From the NCBI GenBank assembly GCA_964016885.1, contig OZ024754.1, positions 5,146,001 through 5,210,000 of the forward strand: 64,000 nucleotides of DNA. The letters run 5' to 3'. This document shows positions 26,892-39,476 of the stretch, piece by piece. The notes under the pieces were generated by a model. It worked only from the letters and a program-made list of their open reading frames with translations, was not told where the DNA came from and did no database searches. Source of the DNA: Eledone cirrhosa. Its lineage: Eukaryota. A program made the position numbers and the translations under genes. Numbering within the stretch: the stretch's first letter is position 1; every line of letters begins with the position of its first letter.

Positions 26892-27460
26892 TTTTATTAT
26901 TGGAAATGACTTCTACAAGACTAGATCTGTTTCTTTCGTAAGATTCATAAAAAAATCTATGAATATTTTCCCAATGATTTCTTACGAAAGAAAATGTTCT
27001 AGTACTATAGAAATCATTTCTATAATAAAATGGATATAAGTGTTCTCTATTTGTGTTTTGTGTATCTATTTTGACAGTGGTTTAAAACCGGGCGATTATA
27101 TCCGAAATTGGTAGAGGACTCGGTTCAAAGGACGAGTTCGTTATATATTTAGTTCTACATAAAATTAGCAAACCTTGGTCGAGAACACCTGTATAACATT
27201 CCTTCGGGTTAAACAGGTATTCCTTGTTCTCTGAGAGAGACATAATTAACTCTCTCTCTATATATATATATTTTTTTTCTTTTAAATAGAGGTGTAACAC
27301 ACGAGTTGTGATATATTAGTAAAAGGAAAAGAAAATGCTGACAAATTTTTCCCAGTGAAAAATAGTTTAATTAGGAATAAGTATAAATTAGTAATAAGTA
27401 TTGGTTAGTATTCTGTTTTAGTTTTAAATGTTTACTGGTTGCGCATTTCTAATGCTTTTC

Positions 27461-27541
27461 AAAAATAATTTTGAGATAGAGCGCTCATGATGTTTGCTCT
27501 TAGAGCAAACATCATGAACGCTCTATCTCAAAATTATTTTT
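27461..27541. repeat. Palindrome with 40-bp arms and a 1-nt loop
   Basis: 39 of 40 positions complementary. Confidence 0.95.
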
Positions 27542-27576
27542 CATAGAGACGTTCTCTGGCAACAACCTAAGAGAAC

Positions 27577-27848
27577 ATTAGTCTACGACTTCTTTTATAC
27601 CATAAACGTGGTTCTGTCTTTGCGCGTAATTGTTTTTCACCGCTCCTAGTAATGATGTATTATATTCGTTTTTTCCCGTTTTTTGCCAGGGAACGTTTCC
27701 ACGAACCAAAGTATCGTCTTCCTGTCTTCCTCCGGTTGCAACGTTTTTTGAAATATCCACTTCTGCGTTTACAGATTGACTTTGTTAGTTTCAGAAGATC
27801 CTGTTAAGGGTGAAAGCAGCGATTCTTTGCTTAAACTTTAATCTGTTA

Positions 27849-27856
<8 letters not shown>
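27577..27856 (+). mobile_element. Dispersed element (family C) ending in a hammerhead-like fold, followed by (TA)n
   Basis: Homologous to 33965-34244, 36665-36764 and 26503-26629. Confidence 0.75.
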
Positions 27857-27945
<89 letters not shown>

Positions 27946-27960
27946 ATATATATATATATA

Positions 27961-28014
<54 letters not shown>

Positions 28015-28685
28015 TATATAAACACAAAGAAAGAAATAAGGATTTTATTCTAGCATTTAAGATTGAAATCTGACGGTTGAAATTTTTAATTATTTTAATA
28101 CATTAACATAGATTTTTATCTATGGTTTCAAACACCATCCTTTCTAATTACATGAGTCAATTAATGCTTAGAAACACATCTTTAGTATAAAACTAGTGAG
28201 AGTGTGTATATGTATGTGTGCATGTATATATGTAGATATGTATATAAGTATATATGTATATATATGTATATGTGTACATATGTAGATATGTATATGTATA
28301 TATGTACGTATATATGTATATATGTATATACGTAGATATGTATATTAATATATGTATGTATATATGTATATATGTATATATGTTGATATGTATATGTATG
28401 AAAGTATAGTTTTTTTTGTGAGCGTGTATTGTATATACGTACAAACTTAATAGAAGCAATATTTGTAGAACTGATATTGGGTGTTAATAGGCCTATTTCA
28501 CACACAATGACATTCTCAATTAAAGTAACATCACTGTATATAAAAAAATCAATGTCATTTCCATTAATTCGTTATATTCTTCTTCTTTCCTTTCACTAAA
28601 ATAATGGTGCTTACTCTTTTTTTAGAAATACGTGCATACATACATAAACATATACACACTTATGTACATTGTAGGTTAAGCTGCC

Positions 28686-28731
<46 letters not shown>

Positions 28732-28941
28732 TATATATATACTTATTTATATATACATATATATATATATATGCATATATATATATGCATATATATATTT
28801 GTACGTATATATATGTATAGATATATATATATATTTATTAGTATATATATATATTTATATAACGAAGGAAATGTGGTAAGGAACCAGGTGGACCATAACG
28901 CACCAAAGTACTCAATACTTGAGGTAGTAGAGTGGGTAATA

Positions 28942-29053
28942 GGAACCAGTAAGACCCCGACAGCTGAGCTCAAGCCGTTTCGACGGCTAATTCTGGACTA
29001 AAAGAACATTTATCCTGGTGTTTAAATAGCCGATCTTCTCAAGGGGTAATTCC
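28942..29053 (-). ncRNA. Type-I hammerhead ribozyme fold (U3-A8 core variant) in the PLE 3' terminal repeat
   Basis: Minus strand: ACCCC-UUGAGAA-GA(U)CGGCUA...UAGCCGUC-GAAA-CGGCU(UGAGCUC)AGCUG-UC-GGGGU. Stems I, II and III all pair. GUC triplet with predicted cut between 28959 and 28958. Confidence 0.75.
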
Positions 29054-30146
29054 ATAAATGGTCAAAGTGATTGTCAAAAATCAGTAGTAATTCTGTGGTT
29101 GCAAATTAGTAGGGGAGATGGTGGCTAAACCTGCCAGTAGGAAGAAAGAGGGGAGGGGGTGGAGTAGACCCAATCAAGCGTTGGTAGTGCCAGCTACAGC
29201 TGGGCATGAGGTCAAAGAAGATACAGGGGAGGGGGAGGGGGAGGAAGTCGGAACGGTAGGTAGAACAATGGGGGGTAGAAATAGGAAAGAAAAAATACTG
29301 AGAGTGAAGAAAAGCAAATAAGTGTAAAGAAAAAATTAAATTCTACGACCTAGGTGTCAGGCTATTGTAGGCGAGAATAAAATAAAGAAAGAAAGAAAGA
29401 AGTAAATAAATAAATAAATAAATAAATAAGGAAATAAGTAAAAGAACTAGGTGGGACGAATTAGGCAAGGACCCTTTTAAGAGGTATAAGTACGTAAATG
29501 ATACGGTGACTGGTCAACAAAAGGGGCCAAAATACTAAAGAGACTACCACGAAATAAACAATAAAGGTTTCCATCCCGGGCCAGCAACGACCCAGTGCAG
29601 CAAAGTGAACTTGTACGACATAATAATTCTGAGTCCCGAGAAAAATATATACTAATGCTAACTCTAAAAGATCTAAAACAAGCTACATGAGAGTTCGTAC
29701 GAAATAAAGGTAGAATACGGAGAAATAAAATCAGAATCCACCCCGCCCAGAAGAAAAGCGAAGCAAGAAATACTGAAACGAAAAAAATAAGGCATAGGTG
29801 CCACTAAGAAATATAGAGGGCACAGAGAATAGTGGGAGCGGTCGGAAAAGGGGGGCAAGTATCCGGGGTCTAAGCCAACTGCTATAAAGGGCGGAGTCCG
29901 CCAAATCTATCAAAGACTAGGGGAGGGGGGAGTGGGGGTACTAAGGCTACATGGGGCCAGAGGGCAGCCTCGGGTGGGCGAGAAAAGACGCCGACAAAGG
30001 AGAAGAGCTGGGGTAGAAGGACAAAGGAGAGAGGGGGGAAGGAAATAAAGGAAGCGATAAAAGAATACAAAGAGGATCTTACGTCTTCCTTGGCAAGCAG
30101 GGGTTACCCATTGCAAAATCGGCAACTGGGGTGTTATAGCCCTAGT

Positions 30147-30773
30147 CTACCCCCCCGGGTCATTATGGGGTTTGAGGGCGAGGTAAGTCCTACGCAATCT
30201 ATGTTTACATGCAGTAACCAGTTCATCTTACTTGTTTAGGAGTTGGTCCGTCGAAAACAGCATTTGTAAAGTTTCCTCCGAGCATAAATTGCACGGACGG
30301 CGTCCTCCCGTGTAAGAATTGGCTCGGGACAGTAATCTCCAAGTGAGATCATAGGTGATGTTGTTGTCCTTGAGGTCCCATATGTGGCCCGAAAGTGTAG
30401 TGGCGTGACGCCGGGCCGGGTTTCGGAAGGTATGTCTATGTTGGTATAGCCGGGTCTTGAAGTCACATGCGGTAAGTCCTATATAGGCTTTGTTGGAGGT
30501 ATCCGTCCTCACGTTGCACTGGTAGATCACATTACGGTCTCTGCATCTATTGTCGAGTGGGCAAATAGATCTATCCGGGCAGTTACACCTCCTGGTCGGT
30601 TCTCCACTGCTATTTAGGTTATTTCTGCCATCGGGGTTGAGTTTTTTGTTGTTAGAGGAGACGATGTTTTGTGCGAAGTTTGGTGTAGTGCTGTAAGAGA
30701 GTTTGATGGTATTTTTGTTAATTATGTTGTGGTAGCGGTGTTGTAATGGGAAGTGTTTTTCAAATACATTTAT
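30147..30773 (-). pseudogene. C-terminal part of the PLE ORF (GIY-YIG endonuclease) with one premature TAA
   Basis: Open frame 30773-30231, TAA at 30230-30228, then in-frame DELVTACKHRLRRTYLALKPHNDPGG to TAG at 30149-30147. The typical LNKxxELxxxCxH tail spans the stop. Confidence 0.85.
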
Positions 30774-30775
30774 CT

Positions 30776-30813
<38 letters not shown>

Positions 30814-31049
30814 GCCTGCTTAACCTACAATGAAATTTTCTTGATATATTTACTCTATTTGATTTTGTCTGGTTTCAGTCGTTAAATTGCGGCCATCTTG
30901 TTGCTGATATTTTTTAAAATGCTAATACATATACGTTTTAGCTTATCATTGTGCACTAAAATGCTAAAATGTAAGAAAATTTGTACATATAGAAATTACA
31001 TACATACAAACACTCATCCACACCCACATTTATATATATATATATATAT

Positions 31050-31091
<42 letters not shown>

Positions 31092-31338
31092 TTGAATGTC
31101 TGTGTTTGTGGGCCTGTGTGCGTATGTACACGTATAATATATTATTCATAAGTAAATATCATTATAATTCAAACATAAAAGAAATACTTGAGAAGCAAAT
31201 TGTTTTTTTATATCAATATTGATAGAAAGGAAATAAAAATGAAACTAATGTTACCAAGTTAAATAGGCTTGCAAATATGATATTCATAATTGTACGCACA
31301 CCGGCGCGCACACACACGCAAACACACACACACATATG

Positions 31339-31443
<105 letters not shown>

Positions 31444-31550
31444 ACATTGCTAGATAGATAGATAGTTTTTAGATATATTAACAAATACAAAATTACATTC
31501 ATATAATAACCTATATATATATATATACAATATTTTCTATACCTTTCATT

Positions 31551-31650
<100 letters not shown>

Positions 31651-31707
31651 ATATATATAAATATATAAATATATATATATATGTAGGTATATATATATAT
31701 ATATACA

Positions 31708-31738
<31 letters not shown>

Positions 31739-31852
31739 GCGTATTTGTGTGTATTTATGTATATTTAAATATATATATATATATATTTAGTTATGTATAT
31801 ATGTATATATATATACATATACATATATATACATATACATATATGTATATAT

Positions 31853-31891
<39 letters not shown>

Positions 31892-32083
31892 AATATATAT
31901 ATATATATATACAAATATATATATACAAATATATATATATATATATACAAATATATATATACAAATATATAGATATATGTGTGTGTGTGTGTGTATTTTT
32001 GTATATTTAAATATATATATATAGCTAACATGTGTATGTTTGTTTGTGCATAACCATTAACACATACTTACATACACACACAC

Positions 32084-32247
<164 letters not shown>

Positions 32248-32268
32248 ATATATATGTATATATATATG

Positions 32269-32414
<146 letters not shown>

Positions 32415-32899
32415 CAGAGAGATTCTTGTGTCTCTGTATTTCTCTTTCTTCGATGTATTTATTGATTATGTATTTATCTAAGTAGGATAATCGATCCATT
32501 AACATACTTACTCACCAGATATGGTAAATATGACATTGGCCTCTCTTTTATATACCTAATACTTTTTTTCTAATTCTTTTTTCCATTGCCATCCTCAGAC
32601 ATTGACCTCCCCTATATACTGAATATTTACATGGATATCTTTGTTTTAGAAAGACGGGGGGAAATGGCAGCTTCGTTACAACGTCGAATAGCATGTCTTG
32701 AGGTATTTCTTCTAGCTTTTATGTTCTTACTTCTTATCAAACCTGTGTCATCCTAACATTGCTTCATTTAGAAGTCGATAAATAAATTACCAGTCAAACA
32801 CTCTGGTACACCCGTTGTCAGTCTCCATAACTTGTGTGCGAGCAGGAATGTGATGAATTTTCAATGCACACAAGAGGTGGATTTATTCTCATCAGTAAT

Positions 32900-33300
32900 A
32901 TTTGTGTCTCTTTATATCGGCTTGATTTGGGATAGCGTAGTCATTTTTTCCAGGTTTACTAATTTTCACTAATGATCACCCCGATATATTTTTACAGCTT
33001 CGCTGTCACGAATTATTGAATTCGGTATGGGCTTCATTTCCTCTGCAATGATATCCATTTGAAATTGGTGAAGGCTGAATTAGGGCGTGTTGTGTAAGGG
33101 GGAGTAACTAGATCTGTAATTCTTCCCACATACTATCATTCCATCAATGTCATCTGCAATAAAATATATTGGTTAACTGAGTAATCTATTGAACTGTGTA
33201 TGGGATAACTTTCATGAAGTTCAATAATATCTAATAAGGGTTGTATGGTTTGTTTTAATAAAGAGTGGCGTCGGTAGGATTGTTTTCTTGCCTAAAGGGT
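32900..33300 (-). mobile_element. Highly degenerate RTE-like reverse transcriptase fragment
   Basis: Minus-strand peptide remnants in order: IADDIDGM, MDIIAEEMKPIPNS, KYIGVIISE..SKP. These resemble RTE FADDIDGL, MEISAEKTKLMTNS and KYLGAIVSDEGSKPE. Confidence 0.55.
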
Positions 33301-33822
33301 GTCTATAATGTTTTTCTATGTTATTAGAATTGATTTTATAGATGTTGATTTCAGCTATTGACGAATAAATATCGACTTTCCAGGCGATGGCTAATCAATA
33401 TTCTTGTAGTGAATACAGTACACTAATAGCGAGTGCAGTACACTTGTGGGATAATTGTAGTGCACTAGAATTGAGAACAGAACAAGGAGAATTCAGCTCC
33501 AAGGGAGACGAGACAGACGAGTGATCAAAAGAGTTCCGGTTCCAAATTTTAAATCGATTTTATTTTCACATTCGACACAAGGCATTAAACTTACAACTCG
33601 TTCTGTAGTAACACTTCCCTAAGTCATTTGTGTAAATAGTTTTAGAGTTTTAGAATATATCTCTGCTTTTAATGATGTATCTGTGTGAATGAATAGTAAA
33701 ACATCACTCAAACAATTTTCAGACCGAGACACACATATGCATTCACGCAAATATCTATACAGAGACACACACAGGAATATATATATATATATATATATAT
33801 ATTCGGTTTCCGAAATAGAACT

Positions 33823-34244
33823 TTAGTCTACGACTTCAGTTCTACCATAAACGTGGTTTTGTCTTTGCGTGTAATTGTTCTCCACGCTCCACATAATGAA
33901 GTATTATCTTCGTTTTTTTTCGTTCTTTGCCAGGGAACGTCTCCAGGAACCACCTAATAAAATATTAGTCTACGACTTCTTTTATACCATAAACATTGTT
34001 TTGTCTTTGCGTGTAATTGTTTTCTTCGCTCCAAATAATGACGTATTATCTTCGTTTTTTTCCGTTCTTTGCCAGGGAACGTTTCCCCGAACCAAAGTAT
34101 CGTCTTTCTGTCTTCCTCCGGTTGCAACGTTCTTCGAAATATTTACTTCTGCGTTCACAGATTGATTTTTTTTAAATTTCAGAAGATCCGGTTAATGGTG
34201 AAATCACCGATTCTTTGCTTAAACTTTAATCTGTTATTTTAATA
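33823..34244 (+). mobile_element. Family C element with tandemly duplicated ~140-bp 5' part
   Basis: TTAGTCTACGACTTC...GCCAGGGAACGT occurs at 33823 and again at 33965. Confidence 0.75.
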
Positions 34245-34434
34245 GTATCTTCCCTAATACCCTCTTCTAATTAATATACACCTCAATTTTACTATATCCT
34301 TTTTATTCTATTTCCTGTAGCATGAAGAACCCGAAATAATTATTGGCTGAAACCGGTACGATACATTTTTTTTTTTATGTTTTGCTGTTATTCTATGAGA
34401 AAATCCAATTAGCATTTTCTATATTTTTACATAC

Positions 34435-34469
<35 letters not shown>

Positions 34470-34530
34470 TCTAATATATATATATATATATATATATTGG
34501 AAAATGTGTGTAATCCTTGGTACAGTTAGG

Positions 34531-34758
34531 TATATTAAGACAGGGGGGAAGAAAAAATGGCTTCACTTGTGCTTTCAACAAATTTATTTTCTTCACAAAA
34601 TCCAAAAAGAATTTTTCTTAAAAAAATTATTTTATAAATAATTAACCAACAACTTAATTTATAAAATAATTTTTTTAAGAAAAATTATTTTTGGATTTTG
34701 TGAAGAAAATAAATTTGTTGAAAGCACAAGTGAAGCCATTTTTTCTTCCCCCCCTGTC

Positions 34759-34766
<8 letters not shown>
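34531..34766. repeat. Long near-perfect palindrome (~108-bp arms)
   Basis: TATATTAAGACAGGGGGGAAG...TTATAAAT / ATTTATAA...CTTCCCCCCCTGTCTTAATATA. Confidence 0.95.
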
Positions 34767-34831
<65 letters not shown>

Positions 34832-35264
34832 ATGTATATATATATATATATACATATATATAAATATATATATTCAATCCTTATGGTTAGAAAGTGAACC
34901 TTGCTATTCTGCTATTCTGCACATTCATAGGTTATCCAAAGAAAGAAAAATGTTATATAAAAGAAGCAGTATAGAGGGCATCTCAGAGTATATGTGGGAT
35001 AGGTGATTCGAATGGGCGGAAAAAGGGGAAAGAATGGAGTCATAAAAGGAGAAACATGATGAAAAGAAAGTAAAAAGAGCAAACAAAATGAGGAATGCAT
35101 GAAAATGGTGTGTACTAATTTTACTGATTCCTATTTTCAACTTTATCTTCATCATTGTACACAAAATTATTTCATACGTATTAAACAATTCTATTCTTCA
35201 TAAAGAAACCTATATTCTCCCAACATATTGAATACTTTTTTGAAATGTGGTTGCCTTCCTGGAA

Positions 35265-35316
<52 letters not shown>

Positions 35317-35321
<5 letters not shown>

Positions 35322-35504
35322 AACCAGTAAGACCCCGACAGCTGAGCTCAAGCCGTTTCGACGGCTAATTCTGGAATTAGCCGTCGAAACGGCTTGAGCT
35401 CAGCTGTCGGGGTCTTACTGGTTCCTATTACCCACTCTACTACCTCAAGTATTGAGTACTTTGGTGCGTTATGGTCCACCAGGTTCCTTACCACATTTCC
35501 TTCG

Positions 35505-35506
<2 letters not shown>
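35317..35506 (+). mobile_element. Short 3' end of the same PLE with inverted duplication (fold-back pLTR)
   Basis: 35374-35506 matches the reverse complement of 28861-28993 (one visible mismatch). 35317-35371 is its perfect inverted copy across a 2-nt loop. Flanked by (TA)n. Confidence 0.9.
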
Positions 35507-35544
<38 letters not shown>

Positions 35545-36664
35545 TATATATATATATATAAAATATGATATTGTATATATATATATACAATACCATATTT
35601 TTTATATATTATATATGGATTTGTGTATGTATGTGTTTTTCTGTTAAAGTTCTCTTATGTGTGAGTGTGTATGTGTATGTGTGTACGTATATAGAATGAA
35701 CCGATTTAAGTGGTTTGCTTATGGACACGGAGAATATAGGCTCCTTGTCATACCATATAAACCCCAGTAAATTATGAAGGCGTGGGAACAACAGCTTAAC
35801 GCATTGGTCTTTACGGAGTCCATAAATTATTGGACATACTTAGCCCTAAAACATTGTTTAATGCATTAGCTTCAAGTTCAGCAACCACGCATTGTACTCT
35901 AATGCGGGTCAAAGGAGCTGTCTATTTGTCATCTACTCAACACCGGCTTATTAAATGGCAAGAAGGATTACCAAAATGAAATATTAATGCTGAGATGAAT
36001 ATATTGTGTCAAGAAGAAAAAAAAGACAAAAAAGAATGAAATACGAAAGAAATCATTCATATTACAAATAAACAGTATTTATCATCACTTATGCTTTACA
36101 ACAAATTTGACCACAACATTTTACAACTTAGCTTAGTGTGCCTATAAAACGCTGTTGTTAAGGCCACTTAGGACATCGCTAATTGGATCATATGACGGCT
36201 ACGTTGATGAGAAACATTGCATTTAAAAAGAGGTTTATATGTGTACCAGTGTGGTGGGGCATGTTTAAGACGATGACTACATGTGAATAAAACAAACAAA
36301 CGATGTTGCCAGGCTACATTTTATTGCCTTGATAACATACATCAATTAGAATCCTATTGTAATTATAAAAATGTAGCCACTCACACCTTGTTGTGACATG
36401 GGTATTCCTCGTGTTCTCTGATATTCTGTGTGGCCTCTGGCCAATTTTTATTTTACAATCCAAGAGAAATTCTGATCGTGTATTCTAGATAATAGGCAAT
36501 CTGATCGTGTATTCTAGACAATCTTCTTCTCATCTATTTCCCCAGAAAACATAACCGGGAGTTGAAATATTATTTTCAGCTTTTCAATCATTCATAACGA
36601 TTTTATATTTTAGACTCAGTAACCCTTTTGATTCAATTTTAATACCATCGACTCGAATTGTAAT

Positions 36665-36764
36665 GGTTTTCGAAATATTTACTTCTGCGTCCACAGATTG
36701 ATTTTTTTCGTTTCAGAAGAACCCGTTAAGCGTAAAAGCAGCGATTCTTTGCTTAAACTTTAAT
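36665..36764 (+). mobile_element. Family C 3' fragment
   Basis: GAAATATTTACTTCTGCGT..CAGAAGA..GCAGCGATTCTTTGCTTAAACTTTAAT, as in the other family C copies. Confidence 0.7.
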
Positions 36765-36791
36765 TTATTCTCATCATAAATATTTACATTG

Positions 36792-36923
36792 CTGGTACTT
36801 TATTTTATAGACCCCGTAAGGATGAAAGGCAAAGTTAACCTCGGCGGGATTTGAACTCAGAATGGCAAGAGCCGTAACTCTCTGCGTCAAAGCATGGCGT
36901 CCGACCCTCTACCGATACTACCA
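36792..36923 (-). mobile_element. Major SINE lacking tail
   Basis: Consensus match. Confidence 0.85.
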
Positions 36924-37288
36924 AATAATAACAGAAAGTACAGTATAGGAGAATGGGGTCTTTAACAATGACGTTTTGAGACGTAGCTAAACAAAGACAA
37001 GTGCAATAAAAAGAGCTAATGTTTGCATTTGGGCTGAAAACACTCGAACCACTGTAAATTGTCAATGACAGACAAGTATTGTGGTTTCTGTCAAATATAT
37101 ACCTGATGACTTCCCAAAACAAGACACCTTCCTTTACCATTCAACTCCTCTAAATACGGTTTAACTTATTAGCTTTTCTCTTCAGTCTTTCTGTTTGAGC
37201 AAATCCCATTTCGTCGCACAACTCATCATTATATGTCGCATCTTATAGTCTTCTTCTTTACTTTCCTTCCTTACTTCTCATATTTCAT

Positions 37289-37307
37289 TTGTTGTTGCTG
37301 TTGTTGC

Positions 37308-37341
<34 letters not shown>

Positions 37342-37470
37342 CTTCTTCTTCTTCTTCTTCTTCTTCTTCTTCTTCTTCTTCTTCTTCTTCTTCTTCTTCT
37401 TCTTCTTCTTCTTCTTCTTCTTCTTCTTCTTCTTCTTCTTCTTCTTCTTCTTCTTCTTCTTCTTCTTCTT
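37289..37470. repeat. Compound (TTG)n(TTC)n microsatellite
   Basis: Seen directly. It is representative of very many TA, CA, CAT, CAC, TAA and GA tracts across the window. Confidence 0.98.
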
Positions 37471-38108
37471 GTCAACTTCCTGTCGCACTCACCATTATCA
37501 CCACGGCTTCCATCAACACACGACCAGCATCACTGCCATGCCACCACGCTACGACCATAAACACCACCACCACCACCAACATCTCACCAACACCACCACA
37601 ATGACCACAACCACCATCACCACCACACCAAGACCACCAGCACCACTACCACTATCACATCACAACAAACACCACAACAACGACCACCACCACCACCACC
37701 ACCACAATGACCATACCACCATCACCACCGTACCACCATAACCACTATCACCCCACCACCACTACCACAACAATAATCACCACCAACAACGACCACCACC
37801 AACACCACACCACCAACACCACATCGACCACTACGACTAGCACATCACAACAAACACCGCAACAACAACCACCACCACCAACACCACACCCCCACCACCT
37901 CACCACCACCACCACAATGACCAAAACCACCATCACAACAAACACCACAACAACAACCACCACCACCACCAACAACAACACCACAACCCCACCACCACAA
38001 CAACCATCACTACCCTACCACCAACACCAAACCACCACCACCACATTTACCACTACCACTAGCACATCACAACAAACACCACAACAACGCCACCACTACA
38101 AACACCAC

Positions 38109-38140
<32 letters not shown>

Positions 38141-39176
38141 CACCAAAGCCACCAATAAGAATAACAACAACGTTTCTACAACTACTTCCTGGTCACCTTT
38201 ATCTGCCTTCGCCTCATCTACATCATCTACCTCCTCTTCATCTACCCCCCCCCCTCTTCATCTATGGCTTCTTCCTTTCCTTCTATTTAGACATGCTCTT
38301 TGCTGTTGATTTTCTGTCACATCGTATATATATATATCCTCCTACGTCTTCTGTGTTACCCTCCAACCACCATCATTGTTCATTCTAACGGTAGCTTACA
38401 TCCTTTTCAAAGACAAAGCATAGGCAGAGTGGACCTGGTGTCAGATAATAGAATGTCAGGCATTTGTTTCAGTTTGAGTTCAAATTCTATGGAAGTCAAG
38501 TTTAACTTTCATCCCTTCAATGTGGATAACATCTCTCTCCTCTCTCTCTCTCTAAAGAAATTGATTATCTCTGTGTTTTACCCTCTCTTTATATTCTCTC
38601 TATCTCTTCTCTTTCTTTATTTTTCTCGTTTTTCTTCCCCCTCTCTCCTCTTCTCTCTCTCGCTCTCTCTCACTCTCTCTCTGAAAGAAATTAGCTATGT
38701 TCAGATCTGGAAAGCGATTGGCCCTAAGAAATTAAACTAATTAAAACAAACCATATCTCAAGACAACACACCTACACTCTATGTCGAATCCTTCAGCATG
38801 TTAGCCTTTTCCTCTACTAAGAGGATCATGTTGTACATATGCTGTGTGATATGTGTTATAATATTAAGATAGGTTTCTCTAGAATATATGCAGTGTGGTT
38901 TTTGTGAAAATATTGAGAGAGGAATGTGCATAATATGTCTTTTTGATTGTGTTTTTCTATTGGATGTTGAATGAGTGTTACGTGTATTTTTGCTTGAGTA
39001 TTCGGAGATGTTTATTCAGTGCATTGTATGAATTTATATTATTGATTTAAATGTGACTTGCCTTGGAATTTGTTCTGAATCTAGTAGGGCTATTTCTGGA
39101 CCATGTAAATTGTGTTTTTCATGGGTTGTTTTGTTCACTGTATTCAGTGCACGGATTATTATTATCATTTTTGTTG

Positions 39177-39213
<37 letters not shown>

Positions 39214-39374
39214 CATTGTTGTTGTTGTTGTTGTTGTTATTTTATTATTATTATTATTATTATTGATTTCATTCTCTTTTCCCACATCTTGTTTGTTTCA
39301 TCCCAATGTCTCTCTCTACTTTAATAACAGTTGGCCTTTATTTCCTGTGATTGTTCAGATTGGAAGTAACCAAG

Positions 39375-39476
39375 ACGTATATTAAAGTCCATAGATTTAC
39401 CTTTTAGTCTTTGATTATGATATTTGGCTCATTCACATCAATTTTCTTGTCATTCTGGACTGGTATTTTCCAGAAC
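39375..39476 (-). mobile_element. Fragment of restriction-like endonuclease of an R4/Dong-type LINE
   Basis: FWKIPVQNDKKIDVNEPNIIIKD*KVNLWTLIYV resembles LWDxPIQTDxxIxxNRPDIVIKD..LIDV. A (TAA)n tract lies downstream at 39155-39265. Confidence 0.5.

Larger units (their letters stand above)
28861..30773 (-). mobile_element. 5'-truncated Penelope-like retroelement (probably Naiad clade): RT thumb/linker, GIY-YIG endonuclease and ~1.3 kb 3' UTR/pLTR, inserted in (TA)n
   Basis: Minus-strand frame from 30773 reads INVFEKHFPLQHRYHNIINKNTIKLSYSTTPN...CNCPDRSICPLDNRC...VIYQC...YIGLT...FKTRLYQH...LSGHIWDLK...CNLCSEE...LLNK. It contains a CxCx5Cx5C knuckle, VIY/YIG motifs and CxLC. Both flanks are (TA)n. 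The 3' end recurs near-identically at 35374-35506. Clade assignment is from recalled motif descriptions. Confidence 0.88.

Noticed and set aside
30228-30230. Selenocysteine or readthrough codon in the PLE ORF
   Set aside because: The stop is TAA, not TGA, and is not at a Cys position. It is most simply a nonsense mutation.
33517-33630. Mariner-like terminal repeat remnant
   Set aside because: Only loose resemblance, with no partner TIR or transposase.
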